NCBI GenBank assembly: GCA_903916195.1
Contig: CAIWVP010000034.1
Span: 3,575-67,574, forward strand
Reading direction: 5' to 3'
From: an uncultured Verrucomicrobiota bacterium
GTDB lineage: Bacteria; Verrucomicrobiota; Verrucomicrobiia; Limisphaerales; UBA9464
DNA: 64,000 bases
The position numbers and the translations under genes are program-made. Below are positions 9,001 through 18,274 of the stretch, piece by piece; position 1 is the stretch's first letter; each line of letters begins with the position of its first letter. The notes under the pieces were generated by a model that saw only the letters and a program-made list of their open reading frames with translations, did no database searches and was not told the origin of the DNA.

Positions 9001-10291
9001 CGGCGGCGACGATCATGGCGACGGTCTTCTCGATGCCGCCCTGGTTCTCGTCGACCACGGCGCGGGCCCGTTCGCCGAGCCGGGCGCGCAGGCCGGGATC
9101 GGCGAGCACCTCGGCCAACGACCGCTCCAGGGCCCCGGCATCGGGGACCTGGATGGCGGCCTTGCGCTCGACGAACTGCGGCACGATCTGCGGGAAGTTC
9201 TGCATGTTCGGTCCGAACAGCACCGCCTTGCCGAGCGCCGCGGGCTCGATGGGGTTCTGGCCGCCCTCGGCCGTGAGGCTCTTGCCCACGAACACCGCAT
9301 CGGCCCGTTTGTAGAAGAAGCCGAGCTCGCCGGTGGTGTTGACGAGCAGGCACCCGACCTCGCCCGGGGCGCGTTGCGTCGTCGAGGTCACCTCGGTGCG
9401 GAAGATGAACTTCACGCCGCGGGCCGCCAGCTCGCGTCCGACCTCGGCGCCGCGCTCATGGTGGCGCGGCACCAGCACGAGGAAGAGCTTGGGGAACCGC
9501 ACGCGCAGACGGCCCGCGATATCGGCCAGGATGGCTTCCTCGCCGGCGTGGGTGCTGCCGGCGACCAGGACGAGCGCGTCGTCCGCCACGCCGAGCTGGC
9601 GCAGAAGCAGCGGCACGTCCAACTGACGGCGGTCCGGGACCTTCGCGGAATCGAACTTCAGGCTGCCGGTGACGAGCACCGATGCCGGCCGGCAACCGAG
9701 TTTCCGGAGGCGCTCGGCATCGGCCTCGCTCTGGACGCCGACGCCGACGAAGCCCGCGAAGAACGGGCGGAATAGAAAACCGGCGCGACGATAACCGCGG
9801 AACGACCGGTCGGAGACCCGGGCGTTCACCAGCAGGTACGGGATCTCCCGCTTCTGGAGGCCCCAGAGCATGTTCGGCCACAGCTCGGCCTCGACGAAGA
9901 CCATCGCCACCGGGTTGATGATCCCGAGGGCGCGCTGGACGTGTTTCCGCCGGTCGATGGGGTAGTAGATCTTCGCGACGTGGGCCGGAAGGCGCTTCTT
10001 GAGCTCGGCCATACCGGTGGCGGTCGTGGTGGAGACAAGCAGCTTGTGGTGCGGTAGCCGCAGCTCCAACACCTTGAGCAGCTGCACGCAGAGGTTCACC
10101 TCGCCGACGCTGACCGCGTGGAACCAGAGGGTCCGCCGGTTGGTCAGCGCCTGCTTGAGCTTGGCGTCGTAGTTGCCGAAGCGCTGCCCGAACCCAGCGA
10201 CCCAACCGCCGCGACGCCACATCTTGAGGAAGTAGAAAGGCGCGGTGACCAAGAGGCCGATGTTGAAAAGAAGGTTGTAGAGAAACCGCAT
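8987..10291 (-). CDS. waaA: 3-deoxy-D-manno-octulosonic acid (Kdo) transferase
   Basis: WFHAVSVGE, EAELWPN, TGSLKFD, AGSTHAGEE, VPRHHER, GGQNPIEPA. Confidence 0.95.
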   Translation of the reverse strand: MRFLYNLLFNIGLLVTAPFYFLKMWRRGGWVAGFGQRFGNYDAKLKQALTNRRTLWFHAVSVGEVNLCVQLLKVLELRLPHHKLLVSTTTATGMAELKKRLPAHVAKIYYPIDRRKHVQRALGIINPVAMVFVEAELWPNMLWGLQKREIPYLLVNARVSDRSFRGYRRAGFLFRPFFAGFVGVGVQSEADAERLRKLGCRPASVLVTGSLKFDSAKVPDRRQLDVPLLLRQLGVADDALVLVAGSTHAGEEAILADIAGRLRVRFPKLFLVLVPRHHERGAEVGRELAARGVKFIFRTEVTSTTQRAPGEVGCLLVNTTGELGFFYKRADAVFVGKSLTAEGGQNPIEPAALGKAVLFGPNMQNFPQIVPQFVERKAAIQVPDAGALERSLAEVLADPGLRARLGERARAVVDENQGGIEKTVAMIVAAVTGK

Positions 10292-10510
10292 GTCCGTGTC
10301 GGCCAGCTAGCGCCGCGCCAGATTTGACCAGAAGTTCACACCGGCAAGCAAATGTTGCGGCCGCGAACGGAAGCCCGCGGATGCCCGGACGGAGGATTGT
10401 CGGCAGGTCCCGCGGAGAATCCTGCCCCGGACAAGTTCGGTTTGGAAATAACTCCGGCGACCCCTATCGCGTTCTCCGATCCCACAGCGTCGAATGAACG
10501 TTGAGGTGTC

Positions 10511-10652
10511 GGGAGGGACGCGGTTCCACCCGCGCCCTCGATGTTTCACGCCGCACCCGTCATCGCTTTCCATCGCAGCCCGTCACGTCACGGGATATCC
10601 TGCACGGCTTCTTCGCGAATGGATCAGGGCGCGGATGGAACCGCGCCCTCCC
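10511..10652. repeat. REP-like inverted doublet A
   Basis: GGGAGGGACGCGGTTCCACCCGCGCCCT (10511-10538) is nearly the reverse complement of AGGGCGCGGATGGAACCGCGCCCTCCC (10626-10652). Confidence 0.7.
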
Positions 10653-10680
10653 GGGTTCCCGGCGCGCCGGTCCACTCGAA

Positions 10681-10814
10681 GCGTCTTGGACTGCGGTGGC
10701 GCAGCAGAGCGGAGCCACCGCTTTGGGCGGGATACCCGATCCGGCGAGGCGCAACCCCGTTCGTCGCCGCGTCCGGCAGGCGAAGGCGGTGGCAAGCCAC
10801 ACGCACTCCAAGAC
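10681..10814. repeat. REP-like inverted doublet B
   Basis: GTCTTGGACTGCGGTGGC near 10683 pairs imperfectly with GCCACACGCACTCCAAGAC ending 10814; internal GCGGTGGC/GCCACCGC palindromes. Confidence 0.65.
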
Positions 10815-10925
10815 CTCGCGGAATCCGCATGGGGCGGGAGAAGTCGCGTTGGCGTCGTGATGCTCCGCACCGACTTTTCTTTGCCTCCCGGGAGCGGGTT
10901 TCCGTAAGAATCGGACCGCACCGCT

Positions 10926-13900
10926 ATGCCGCACCGATCCGCCTCCGCTGTCGCCGCACCCTCGGGCCGCCGTGAGTTCCAGAAGCTCATGGCCGCGAAC
11001 CGTTCCGAGATTGCCATCCGCATCTTCCGCGCGGCGACCGAGCTCGGCATGCGCACCGTCGCCATCTACGCCGCCGAGGACCGCTTCGGGGCACACCGCT
11101 TCAAAGCCGACGAGGCGTACCAGGTCGGCCAGGGCAAGGGGCCGGTCGCCGCCTACCTCGACATCGATAGCATCGTCGCCGCCGCCAAGGCGCGCGGCGT
11201 GGACGCCATCCATCCCGGCTACGGCTTCCTCTCGGAGAACCCGGCCTTCGCCCGCGCCTGCGCCAAGGCGGGCATCACCTTCGTCGGGCCACGTCCCGAG
11301 CTGCTGGACATGATGGGCGACAAGACGGCCGCCCGCGCGCTGGCTCAGAAGATCGGCGTGCCCGTGCTGCCCGGCACCGAGGAACCGGTGAGCGACCGCG
11401 ACGAGGCGCTGAAGGTGGCGAAGCAGATCGGCTTCCCGCTCATCATCAAGGCGGCCTTCGGCGGCGGCGGACGCGGCATGCGCGTGGTGCACAAGGCGGG
11501 CGACCTCTCCGGCCTGCTCGACGAGGCGCAGGGCGAGGCGGGACGCGCCTTCGGCAACCCGGCGGTCTTCCTGGAGAAATACATCCCGCACGCGAAGCAC
11601 ATCGAGGTGCAGATCCTCGGCGACCAGCACGGCAACGTGATCCACCTGCACGAGCGCGATTGCTCGGTGCAGCGCCGGCACCAGAAGGTCGTGGAGGTCG
11701 CGCCCTCCTTCGGCCTGCCGGAGCACGTGGTGAAAGAGCTGTGCGACGCCGCGGCGCGCATGGCCCGCGAGATCCGCTACGACAACGCGGGCACCATCGA
11801 GTTCCTCTACGACCTCGACCGCCACGAGTGGTTCTTCATCGAGATGAACCCGCGGATCCAGGTCGAGCACACGGTCACCGAGGTCATCACCGGCCTCGAC
11901 CTCGTCCGCGCGCAGATCCTCATCGCGCAGGGACACAGCCTGCATTCGCAGCAGGTGGCGATGCCGCCGCAGAACCAGGTCCCGCGGAACGGCTACGCCA
12001 TCCAGTGCCGCATCACCACCGAGGACCCCGAGAACAAGTTCATGCCGGATTACGGCAAGATCCTCGCCTACCGCTCGCCCGGCGGCTTCGGCATCCGGCT
12101 CGACGGCGGCATGGGCTACACCGGATCGGTGATCACGCCGTTCTACGACTCGATGCTGGTGAAGATCACCGGCAGCGGCCAGTCGTACGAGATGGCGATG
12201 AACCGCGTCCACCGCGCGCTGAGCGAGTTCCGGATCCGCGGCGTGAAGACGAACATCCCGTTCCTCGAGAACGTGATCGGCAACCCGGTGTTCCGCGCCG
12301 GGCAGGCGACCACCACGCTCATCGACACGACGCCGGAGCTCTTCACCTTCAAGCCCCGCCGCGACCGCGCCACGAAGCTGCTGAACTTCCTCGGCAACGT
12401 GATCGTGAACGGCAACCCGCACGCCAAGGGCTACAAACCCGAGCGTCCGTCCGTCGCCGCCCCGGTCCCGGCCAGCGAACCGCTCACCGCGCCCGCGCCC
12501 GGCACGCGCGACCTGCTGCTCAAGCTCGGGCCGGCCAAGTTCGCCGAGTGGACGCGCAAGCAGAAGCGCCTGCTGGTGACCGACACGACCTTCCGCGACG
12601 CGCACCAATCGTTGATGGCCACCCGCGTCCGCAGCTTCGACATGCTGGCCGTGGCCGATGCCGTGGCGCGCCGCACCCCGGACCTCTTCTCGCTGGAGAT
12701 GTGGGGTGGCGCGACGTTCGACACGTCGATGCGCTTCCTCAACGAGGACCCTTGGGAACGCCTCCGCCAACTGCGCGCCAAGATCCCGAACATCTGTTTC
12801 CAGATGCTCTTCCGCGGCAGCAACGCCGTGGGCTACTCGAACTATCCCGACAACGTGGTCGCCGGCTTCGTGAAGCACGCCGCGTCGTCGGGCATGGACA
12901 TCTTCCGCATCTTCGATTCGCTGAACTACCTGCCCAACCTGCGGGTCGCGATGGCGGCGGTGCACGACACCCACGCCCTCTGCGAAGCGGCCGTGTGCTA
13001 CACCGGCGACATCCTCGACGAACGCCGCGACAAGTATTCGCTGAAGTACTACGTCAAGCTGGCCAAGGAGCTGGAGAAGATGGGCGCGCACATGCTCGCC
13101 ATCAAGGACATGGCGGGCCTGTGCCGTCCGTTCGCCGCGAAGAAGCTCGTGAAGGCGCTGCGCGACGAGGTCGGGCTGCCGATCCATTTCCACACCCACG
13201 ACACCAGCGGCGTGCAGGCGGCGTCCATCCTCAACGCCTCCGAGGCGGGCGTGGACATCGTGGACCTCGCACTGGCGAGCATGAGCGGCAGCACGTCGCA
13301 GCCGAACCTCAACTCCATCGTGGCCGCGCTGCAGCACACGTCGCGCGACACCCAGCTCGACCTCGCGGCGCTGAACGAGTTCTCCGACTACTGGGAGAAG
13401 GTGCGCGAGCACTACGCGCCGTTCGACACCGCGCCCAAGACCGGTAGCGCCGAGGTCTACCTGCACGAGATGCCGGGCGGCCAGTACACCAACCTCAAGG
13501 AGCAGGCCGCCAGCATGGGCGTCTCGCACCGCTGGCCGGAGATCGCCCGCACCTACGCCGAGGTCAACGCCCTCTTCGGAGACATCGTGAAGGTCACCCC
13601 GAGCAGCAAGGTCGTCGGCGACATGGCGCTGTTCCTCTTCAGCCGCGGCATCCGCCCGGCCGACGTCGTCAACCTGGAGCCCGGCACCGGCGGATTCCCG
13701 GAGAGCGTCATCGACATGCTCAGCGGCGGGCTCGGCTGGCCGGCCGGCGGATTCCCGGAAGCGGTCCAGCGCGTCGTGCTCGGCGAGAAGAAGGCCAAGG
13801 AGGCCCAGGCCCTCTTCCGCGCCGACCAGACCGGCAACCGCGCCGCGCCGATCCATCTCGGCAAGCTCCGCAAGGAGCTCTCGGAGAAATCCAAACGCGA

Positions 13901-14438
13901 GGTCGGCGACGACGACCTGTACTCGCACCTGATGTACCCGCAGGTCTTCGCCGATTACGCGAAGCACCACTTGGCATACAGCGACGTGAGCGTGCTGCCG
14001 ACGACGGCGTTCTTCTACGGCCTTCGTCGCGGCGAAGAGATCGCTGTGAGCATCGAGGAGGGCAAGACGCTGATCATCCGCCTCGTCAACGTGAGCGAGG
14101 CCGACAAGGACGGCCGCCGCACGGTGACCTTCGAGCTCAACGGCATGACCCGCGAGGCCTTCATCGCCGACAAGAAGGTCGTGCCGCAGACCAAGGCCCG
14201 GGTGAAGACCGACATCGCCGACCCGCTCCAGCACGGCGCGCCGATCCCCGGCCTCGTCACCAGCATCGCCGTCACCGTCGGCCAGAAGGTCGCGAAGAGC
14301 GACAAGCTGCTCATGATGGAGGCGATGAAGATGCAGACCACCGTGTACGCCACCGCGGACGGCGTGGTCGCCGAGCTGCACTGCGCCGTGGGCGAGACCG
14401 TCGAGAGCAAGGACCTGCTGGTGCGCCTGCGGGCGTAG
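10926..14438 (+). CDS. pyc: Pyruvate carboxylase
   Basis: ANRSEIAIR, HPGYGFLSEN, ERDCSVQRRHQK, RDAHQSL, EMWGGATFD, HFHTHDT, biotinylation motif EAMKM. Confidence 0.98.
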   Translation: MPHRSASAVAAPSGRREFQKLMAANRSEIAIRIFRAATELGMRTVAIYAAEDRFGAHRFKADEAYQVGQGKGPVAAYLDIDSIVAAAKARGVDAIHPGYGFLSENPAFARACAKAGITFVGPRPELLDMMGDKTAARALAQKIGVPVLPGTEEPVSDRDEALKVAKQIGFPLIIKAAFGGGGRGMRVVHKAGDLSGLLDEAQGEAGRAFGNPAVFLEKYIPHAKHIEVQILGDQHGNVIHLHERDCSVQRRHQKVVEVAPSFGLPEHVVKELCDAAARMAREIRYDNAGTIEFLYDLDRHEWFFIEMNPRIQVEHTVTEVITGLDLVRAQILIAQGHSLHSQQVAMPPQNQVPRNGYAIQCRITTEDPENKFMPDYGKILAYRSPGGFGIRLDGGMGYTGSVITPFYDSMLVKITGSGQSYEMAMNRVHRALSEFRIRGVKTNIPFLENVIGNPVFRAGQATTTLIDTTPELFTFKPRRDRATKLLNFLGNVIVNGNPHAKGYKPERPSVAAPVPASEPLTAPAPGTRDLLLKLGPAKFAEWTRKQKRLLVTDTTFRDAHQSLMATRVRSFDMLAVADAVARRTPDLFSLEMWGGATFDTSMRFLNEDPWERLRQLRAKIPNICFQMLFRGSNAVGYSNYPDNVVAGFVKHAASSGMDIFRIFDSLNYLPNLRVAMAAVHDTHALCEAAVCYTGDILDERRDKYSLKYYVKLAKELEKMGAHMLAIKDMAGLCRPFAAKKLVKALRDEVGLPIHFHTHDTSGVQAASILNASEAGVDIVDLALASMSGSTSQPNLNSIVAALQHTSRDTQLDLAALNEFSDYWEKVREHYAPFDTAPKTGSAEVYLHEMPGGQYTNLKEQAASMGVSHRWPEIARTYAEVNALFGDIVKVTPSSKVVGDMALFLFSRGIRPADVVNLEPGTGGFPESVIDMLSGGLGWPAGGFPEAVQRVVLGEKKAKEAQALFRADQTGNRAAPIHLGKLRKELSEKSKREVGDDDLYSHLMYPQVFADYAKHHLAYSDVSVLPTTAFFYGLRRGEEIAVSIEEGKTLIIRLVNVSEADKDGRRTVTFELNGMTREAFIADKKVVPQTKARVKTDIADPLQHGAPIPGLVTSIAVTVGQKVAKSDKLLMMEAMKMQTTVYATADGVVAELHCAVGETVESKDLLVRLRA

Positions 14439-14475
14439 GCGCAGGAGCGGCCGATCCCAGGGGTCGCCTCCTATC

Positions 14476-14545
14476 GCCGCCGATCTGAGGAGGCGGAAGG
14501 CCTGGGTTTGTCCGTGGCGATCCGCCTCCTCACGTCGGCGGCTAC
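14476..14545. repeat. GTAG-type REP-like inverted doublet C between convergent pyc and gntP
   Basis: GCCGCCGATCTGAGGAGGCGGA (14476-14497) vs TCCGCCTCCTCACGTCGGCGGCTAC (14521-14545). Confidence 0.75.
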
Positions 14546-16197
14546 GGGGTCAGCGGCAGCAGCCATGCGCCGAGCAGCACCAAGGCGAACCCCACGCAGC
14601 CCATCAGGCTCATCATCACCGAGGCTGTCTTCAACGTCTCGGCCTCGGTCATGCCGCTCATCCGGCTGATGATCCAGAAGCCGCTGTCGTTGAGCCACGG
14701 GATCGGCTTCGAGCCGCACCCGACGGCGAGCGCGAGATAGACCGGATGATACGGCAGCGCCGCAGCCGCCGCGAGGGGCGCGACCACGCCCGCGGCGGTG
14801 ATCATCGCGACGGTGGCGGAGCCCTGCGCGATCCGCACCAGCGCGGTCACGGCGAAGGCCGCGGTCAGCAGCGCGAAATGCCCGGAGCCGGAGAACGCCG
14901 CGAGGCGCGACGCGACGTCCGTCTGCCGCAATGCCGCGCCGAACGCGCCGCCCGCCGCGGTGATGAGCAGGATCACACCGCCGCTGGCGACCGCCGGGGC
15001 CAACGCGTCCTTGAGGATGCGCCAACGCCAGCCGTTCTGGCGGACCAGCACCAAGACCGCGATGACCGTCCCGAGCAGCAACGACATCTGGGTCTGGCCG
15101 AGGAAGTGGATGGTTCCGGCCCACGCGGTCGCCGCCGGCGCCGGCGCGAACGCCTTCAGGGATTCGCTCGCCGCGATCAACGAGACCGGCAGGAGGATCG
15201 GCAGGACGGACAGACCCAGCGAGGGAAGCGTGTCCGGCGACCGGACGACCGGCGCAGGCGCGTCGCCTCCACCGTCGTCGCCCACCGGTCGCAGCGGGAT
15301 GGGCCAGCGGCGGTTCGCCCACCGCGCATAGGCCAAGCCCACGAGCACGGGCAATCCACCCACCACCAATCCGCCCGCCATCATCGTGCCGACGGACACG
15401 CCGAACGCTTGCGCGGCGAAGAGCGGTCCCGGTGTCGGCGGAACCAGCGAGTGCGCCATCGTCGCGCCGGCCACGATGCTGAGCGTGTAGAGCAGGAAAT
15501 CCCGGCCCGTGCGCGCGGCCAACCCGCGGCCCAGCGGCATGAGCAGGTAGAACACCGTGTCGAAGAACACCGGGATGCCGAGCAGGAAACCGCTCAACGC
15601 AAACCCTTGCGAGGCGCGCGGCTCACCCAAACCGGCTTGGATCCAGCGCACGATGCGGTCCGCCGCGCCGCTCTCGGTCAGGCATTGACCGATGACCGAC
15701 GCCAGCACGATGAGCAACCCGATCCCTCGGCAGGTGTCGCCGAAGCCGTCCGCGACCACCTCCAGCGGATGCCGCCGGCTCTGGGCCACCGCGGCCTCCC
15801 AAGCGGCCACGGGAGCGAGCCACAGGTCGTCCGCGGGAAGCTGGGACAGACCCGTGTCGCTCAACCGCCAGACGGCGCGGTCGCCGTCCTGTTGCCGCAG
15901 CAGCAAGGCCGTCGCCAACGGGGCCGGTCCGTCCGCCCGCTGCGTGAACAAACGCACGCGTCCTTCCGCCGGCGGTTTGGATCGGGGCGGGAAGGTGACC
16001 TCGCCGCTGGCGACATCCGTGCGCGCGACTTGGACGGCGCCGGCCCGGAGCGCCTGCCATTGCCGCGCCGGCGCGGGCGTGAGCAAGCAGACGACCAAGG
16101 CCCCGGCCACGAGCGAAAGAAACGCATGCAGCCGGAAAGCCATCAGGCACGTCACCATGACGGCCGTGCCGGCGAGCACGATGAGCAGGGGGTCCAT
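14542..16197 (-). CDS. GntP-family sugar-acid:H+ symporter with large extra loop
   Basis: RLHAFLSL, ESGAADRI, IPVFFDTVF, HSLVPPTPGP, ITAAGGAFG, RIAQGSATVA, NDSGFW; start at ATG 16197. Confidence 0.9.
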   Translation of the reverse strand: MDPLLIVLAGTAVMVTCLMAFRLHAFLSLVAGALVVCLLTPAPARQWQALRAGAVQVARTDVASGEVTFPPRSKPPAEGRVRLFTQRADGPAPLATALLLRQQDGDRAVWRLSDTGLSQLPADDLWLAPVAAWEAAVAQSRRHPLEVVADGFGDTCRGIGLLIVLASVIGQCLTESGAADRIVRWIQAGLGEPRASQGFALSGFLLGIPVFFDTVFYLLMPLGRGLAARTGRDFLLYTLSIVAGATMAHSLVPPTPGPLFAAQAFGVSVGTMMAGGLVVGGLPVLVGLAYARWANRRWPIPLRPVGDDGGGDAPAPVVRSPDTLPSLGLSVLPILLPVSLIAASESLKAFAPAPAATAWAGTIHFLGQTQMSLLLGTVIAVLVLVRQNGWRWRILKDALAPAVASGGVILLITAAGGAFGAALRQTDVASRLAAFSGSGHFALLTAAFAVTALVRIAQGSATVAMITAAGVVAPLAAAAALPYHPVYLALAVGCGSKPIPWLNDSGFWIISRMSGMTEAETLKTASVMMSLMGCVGFALVLLGAWLLPLTP

Positions 16198-16324
16198 CCC
16201 TCGATGACAGCGGAGTGGACGGCGAAGCTCAAAGCCGAAAGCGTGGAATCCGATGCTTCGGAGCGCGAACCGCGCCGCGTTCCCGGCCATCGGTCGAACG
16301 AGCCACCCGCGCGGCAGTTTTCAG

Positions 16325-16429
16325 CGTGCTGCCGGCGTCCCGCCGGCAGGGCCACCGATGACCCGAAAACATTCGTGCCCGTGCTCGGCTTCGCTACGTC
16401 GCCCCTGCCTGCAAGATGCCGGCAGCACG
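16325..16429. repeat. REP-like inverted doublet D
   Basis: CGTGCTGCCGGCGTCCCGCCGGCAGG (16325-16350) vs CCTGCCTGCAAGATGCCGGCAGCACG (16404-16429); each arm internally palindromic. Confidence 0.72.
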
Positions 16430-16480
16430 TTGCCCAAAGAATGGCAGGCGCGGCCACGGGATGTGCCGGCAATCCGTTCT

Positions 16481-16508
16481 TTTGAGCTTTGAGCTTTGAA
16501 CTTTGGGC
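16481..16508 (+). repeat. Heptamer tandem repeat (TTTGAGC)x4, degenerate
   Basis: TTTGAGC TTTGAGC TTTGAAC TTTGGGC. Confidence 0.75.
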
Positions 16509-16536
16509 TCCGAACCTAGCGTGCTCCCACCACTCC

Positions 16537-18270
16537 ATGTCATCCGCCGCGCGCAAACGTCCCGAGGACCTCCGCAGCCATCGCTGGTTCGGTCCCGACG
16601 ACCTCCGGTCCTTCGGCCACCGCTCGCGCACGAAGGGCATGGGCTTCGACACCGAGGATTTCGCCGGCAAGCCGGTCATCGCCCTGCTCAACACCTGGAG
16701 CGATCTCAACACCTGCCACTCGCATCTGCGCGAGCGGGCCGAGCAGGTGAAGCGCGGCGTGTGGCAGGCGGGCGGTTTCCCGGTCGAGCTGCCCGTGATG
16801 TCGCTGAGCGAGCAGTTCATGAAGCCGACGTCGATGCTCTACCGGAACCTCACCGCGATGGAGGTCGAGGAGACGTTGCGCTGCCATCCCATCGACGGCG
16901 CGGTGCTGATGGGCGGTTGCGACAAGACCGTCCCGGCGCTGCTCATGGGCGCGCTGACGATGGACCTGCCCTGCGTCTTCCTGCCGGCGGGCCCGATGCT
17001 CAAGGGACGTTGGCGCAACGAGACGCTCGGCAGCGGCAGCGATGCGTGGAAGTTCTGGGCCGAGCGCTGCGCCGGGAAGATCGGCTGCGACGCCTGGCGC
17101 GAGATCGAGGATGGCATCGCCCGCTCGCCCGGCGTGTGCATGACGATGGGCACGGCGGCCACGATGGCCTGCGTCGTCGAGGCGCTGGGCTTCATCTTCC
17201 CCGGGGCGGCGTCCATCCCGGCGGTCCAATCGGCGCACTCGCGTCTCGCCGTCGCCTGCGGACGGCGCGCCGTCGAGATGGTCTGGCAGGACGTGCGCCC
17301 GTCGCGTATCGCCACCCGCGCCGCCTTCGAGAACGCGGTCACGACGCTGATGGCCATCGGCGGCTCGACCAACGCCATCGTCCATCTGATCGCCCTCGCA
17401 GGACGCGCCGGGACGAAGCTCACGCTCGACGATTTCGACCGCGTCTCGCGGCGCACGCCGCTGCTGGCGGACATGCGGCCGACCGGAAGGTTCCTCATGG
17501 AGGACTTCCACGACGCCGGCGGCGTGCCGGCGCTGCTCGGCCGCATCCGCGACCTGCTCGACCTCGGTTGCCTCAACGTCGTCGGCAAGACCTTGGGCGA
17601 GGCCATCGACGGAGCGGAGGTGCTCGACGACCAGGTGATCCGGCCGCGCGACGGCGCGTTGGCCTCCGAAGGCGGCATGGCGGTCCTGAGGGGCAACCTC
17701 GCGCCCGACGGCTGCGTGATCAAGCACCTCGCGGCCGAACCCCGGCTGCGCCAGCACACCGGCCCCGCGCTCGTCTTCCGCGATTATCCCGACCTCAAGG
17801 CACGCATCGACCGCGACGACCTGCCGGTCACGGCGGATTCGGTGATCGTCCTGCAGAACGCCGGCCCGGTCGGCGCGCCGGGGATGCCCGAGTGGGGCAT
17901 GTTGCCCATCCCGAAGAAGCTGCTGAAGGCCGGCGTGCGCGACATGGTCCGGCTCTCCGACGCGCGGATGAGCGGCACGAGCTACGGCGCCTGCGTGCTG
18001 CACATCGCTCCGGAATCGGCCGCCGGTGGACCGCTCGCGTGGGTCCAGGACGGCGACTTGATCGAGCTCGACGTCGCCGGACGCCGCCTCCACTGGCACG
18101 TCTCCGACGAGGAGATCGCACGCCGTCGCGCCGCGTGGAATGCGCCCGCACCGCGCTTCGCCCGGGGCTACGGCAAGCTCTTCAGCGAAGAGGTCACGCA
18201 GGCCCACGAAGGCTGCGATTTCCGCTTTCTTCACCACGGTCCGCCGACGCCCGAGCCCGACATCTTCTGA
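16537..18270 (+). CDS. IlvD/Edd-family dehydratase, probably sugar-acid (L-arabinonate-type) dehydratase
   Basis: NTCHSHL, PTSMLYRNL, GGCDKTVP, CMTMGTA, IGGSTNA, GAPGMPE, DARMSGTSYG; start at ATG 16537. Confidence 0.9.
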   Translation: MSSAARKRPEDLRSHRWFGPDDLRSFGHRSRTKGMGFDTEDFAGKPVIALLNTWSDLNTCHSHLRERAEQVKRGVWQAGGFPVELPVMSLSEQFMKPTSMLYRNLTAMEVEETLRCHPIDGAVLMGGCDKTVPALLMGALTMDLPCVFLPAGPMLKGRWRNETLGSGSDAWKFWAERCAGKIGCDAWREIEDGIARSPGVCMTMGTAATMACVVEALGFIFPGAASIPAVQSAHSRLAVACGRRAVEMVWQDVRPSRIATRAAFENAVTTLMAIGGSTNAIVHLIALAGRAGTKLTLDDFDRVSRRTPLLADMRPTGRFLMEDFHDAGGVPALLGRIRDLLDLGCLNVVGKTLGEAIDGAEVLDDQVIRPRDGALASEGGMAVLRGNLAPDGCVIKHLAAEPRLRQHTGPALVFRDYPDLKARIDRDDLPVTADSVIVLQNAGPVGAPGMPEWGMLPIPKKLLKAGVRDMVRLSDARMSGTSYGACVLHIAPESAAGGPLAWVQDGDLIELDVAGRRLHWHVSDEEIARRRAAWNAPAPRFARGYGKLFSEEVTQAHEGCDFRFLHHGPPTPEPDIF

Positions 18271-18274
18271 ACCT

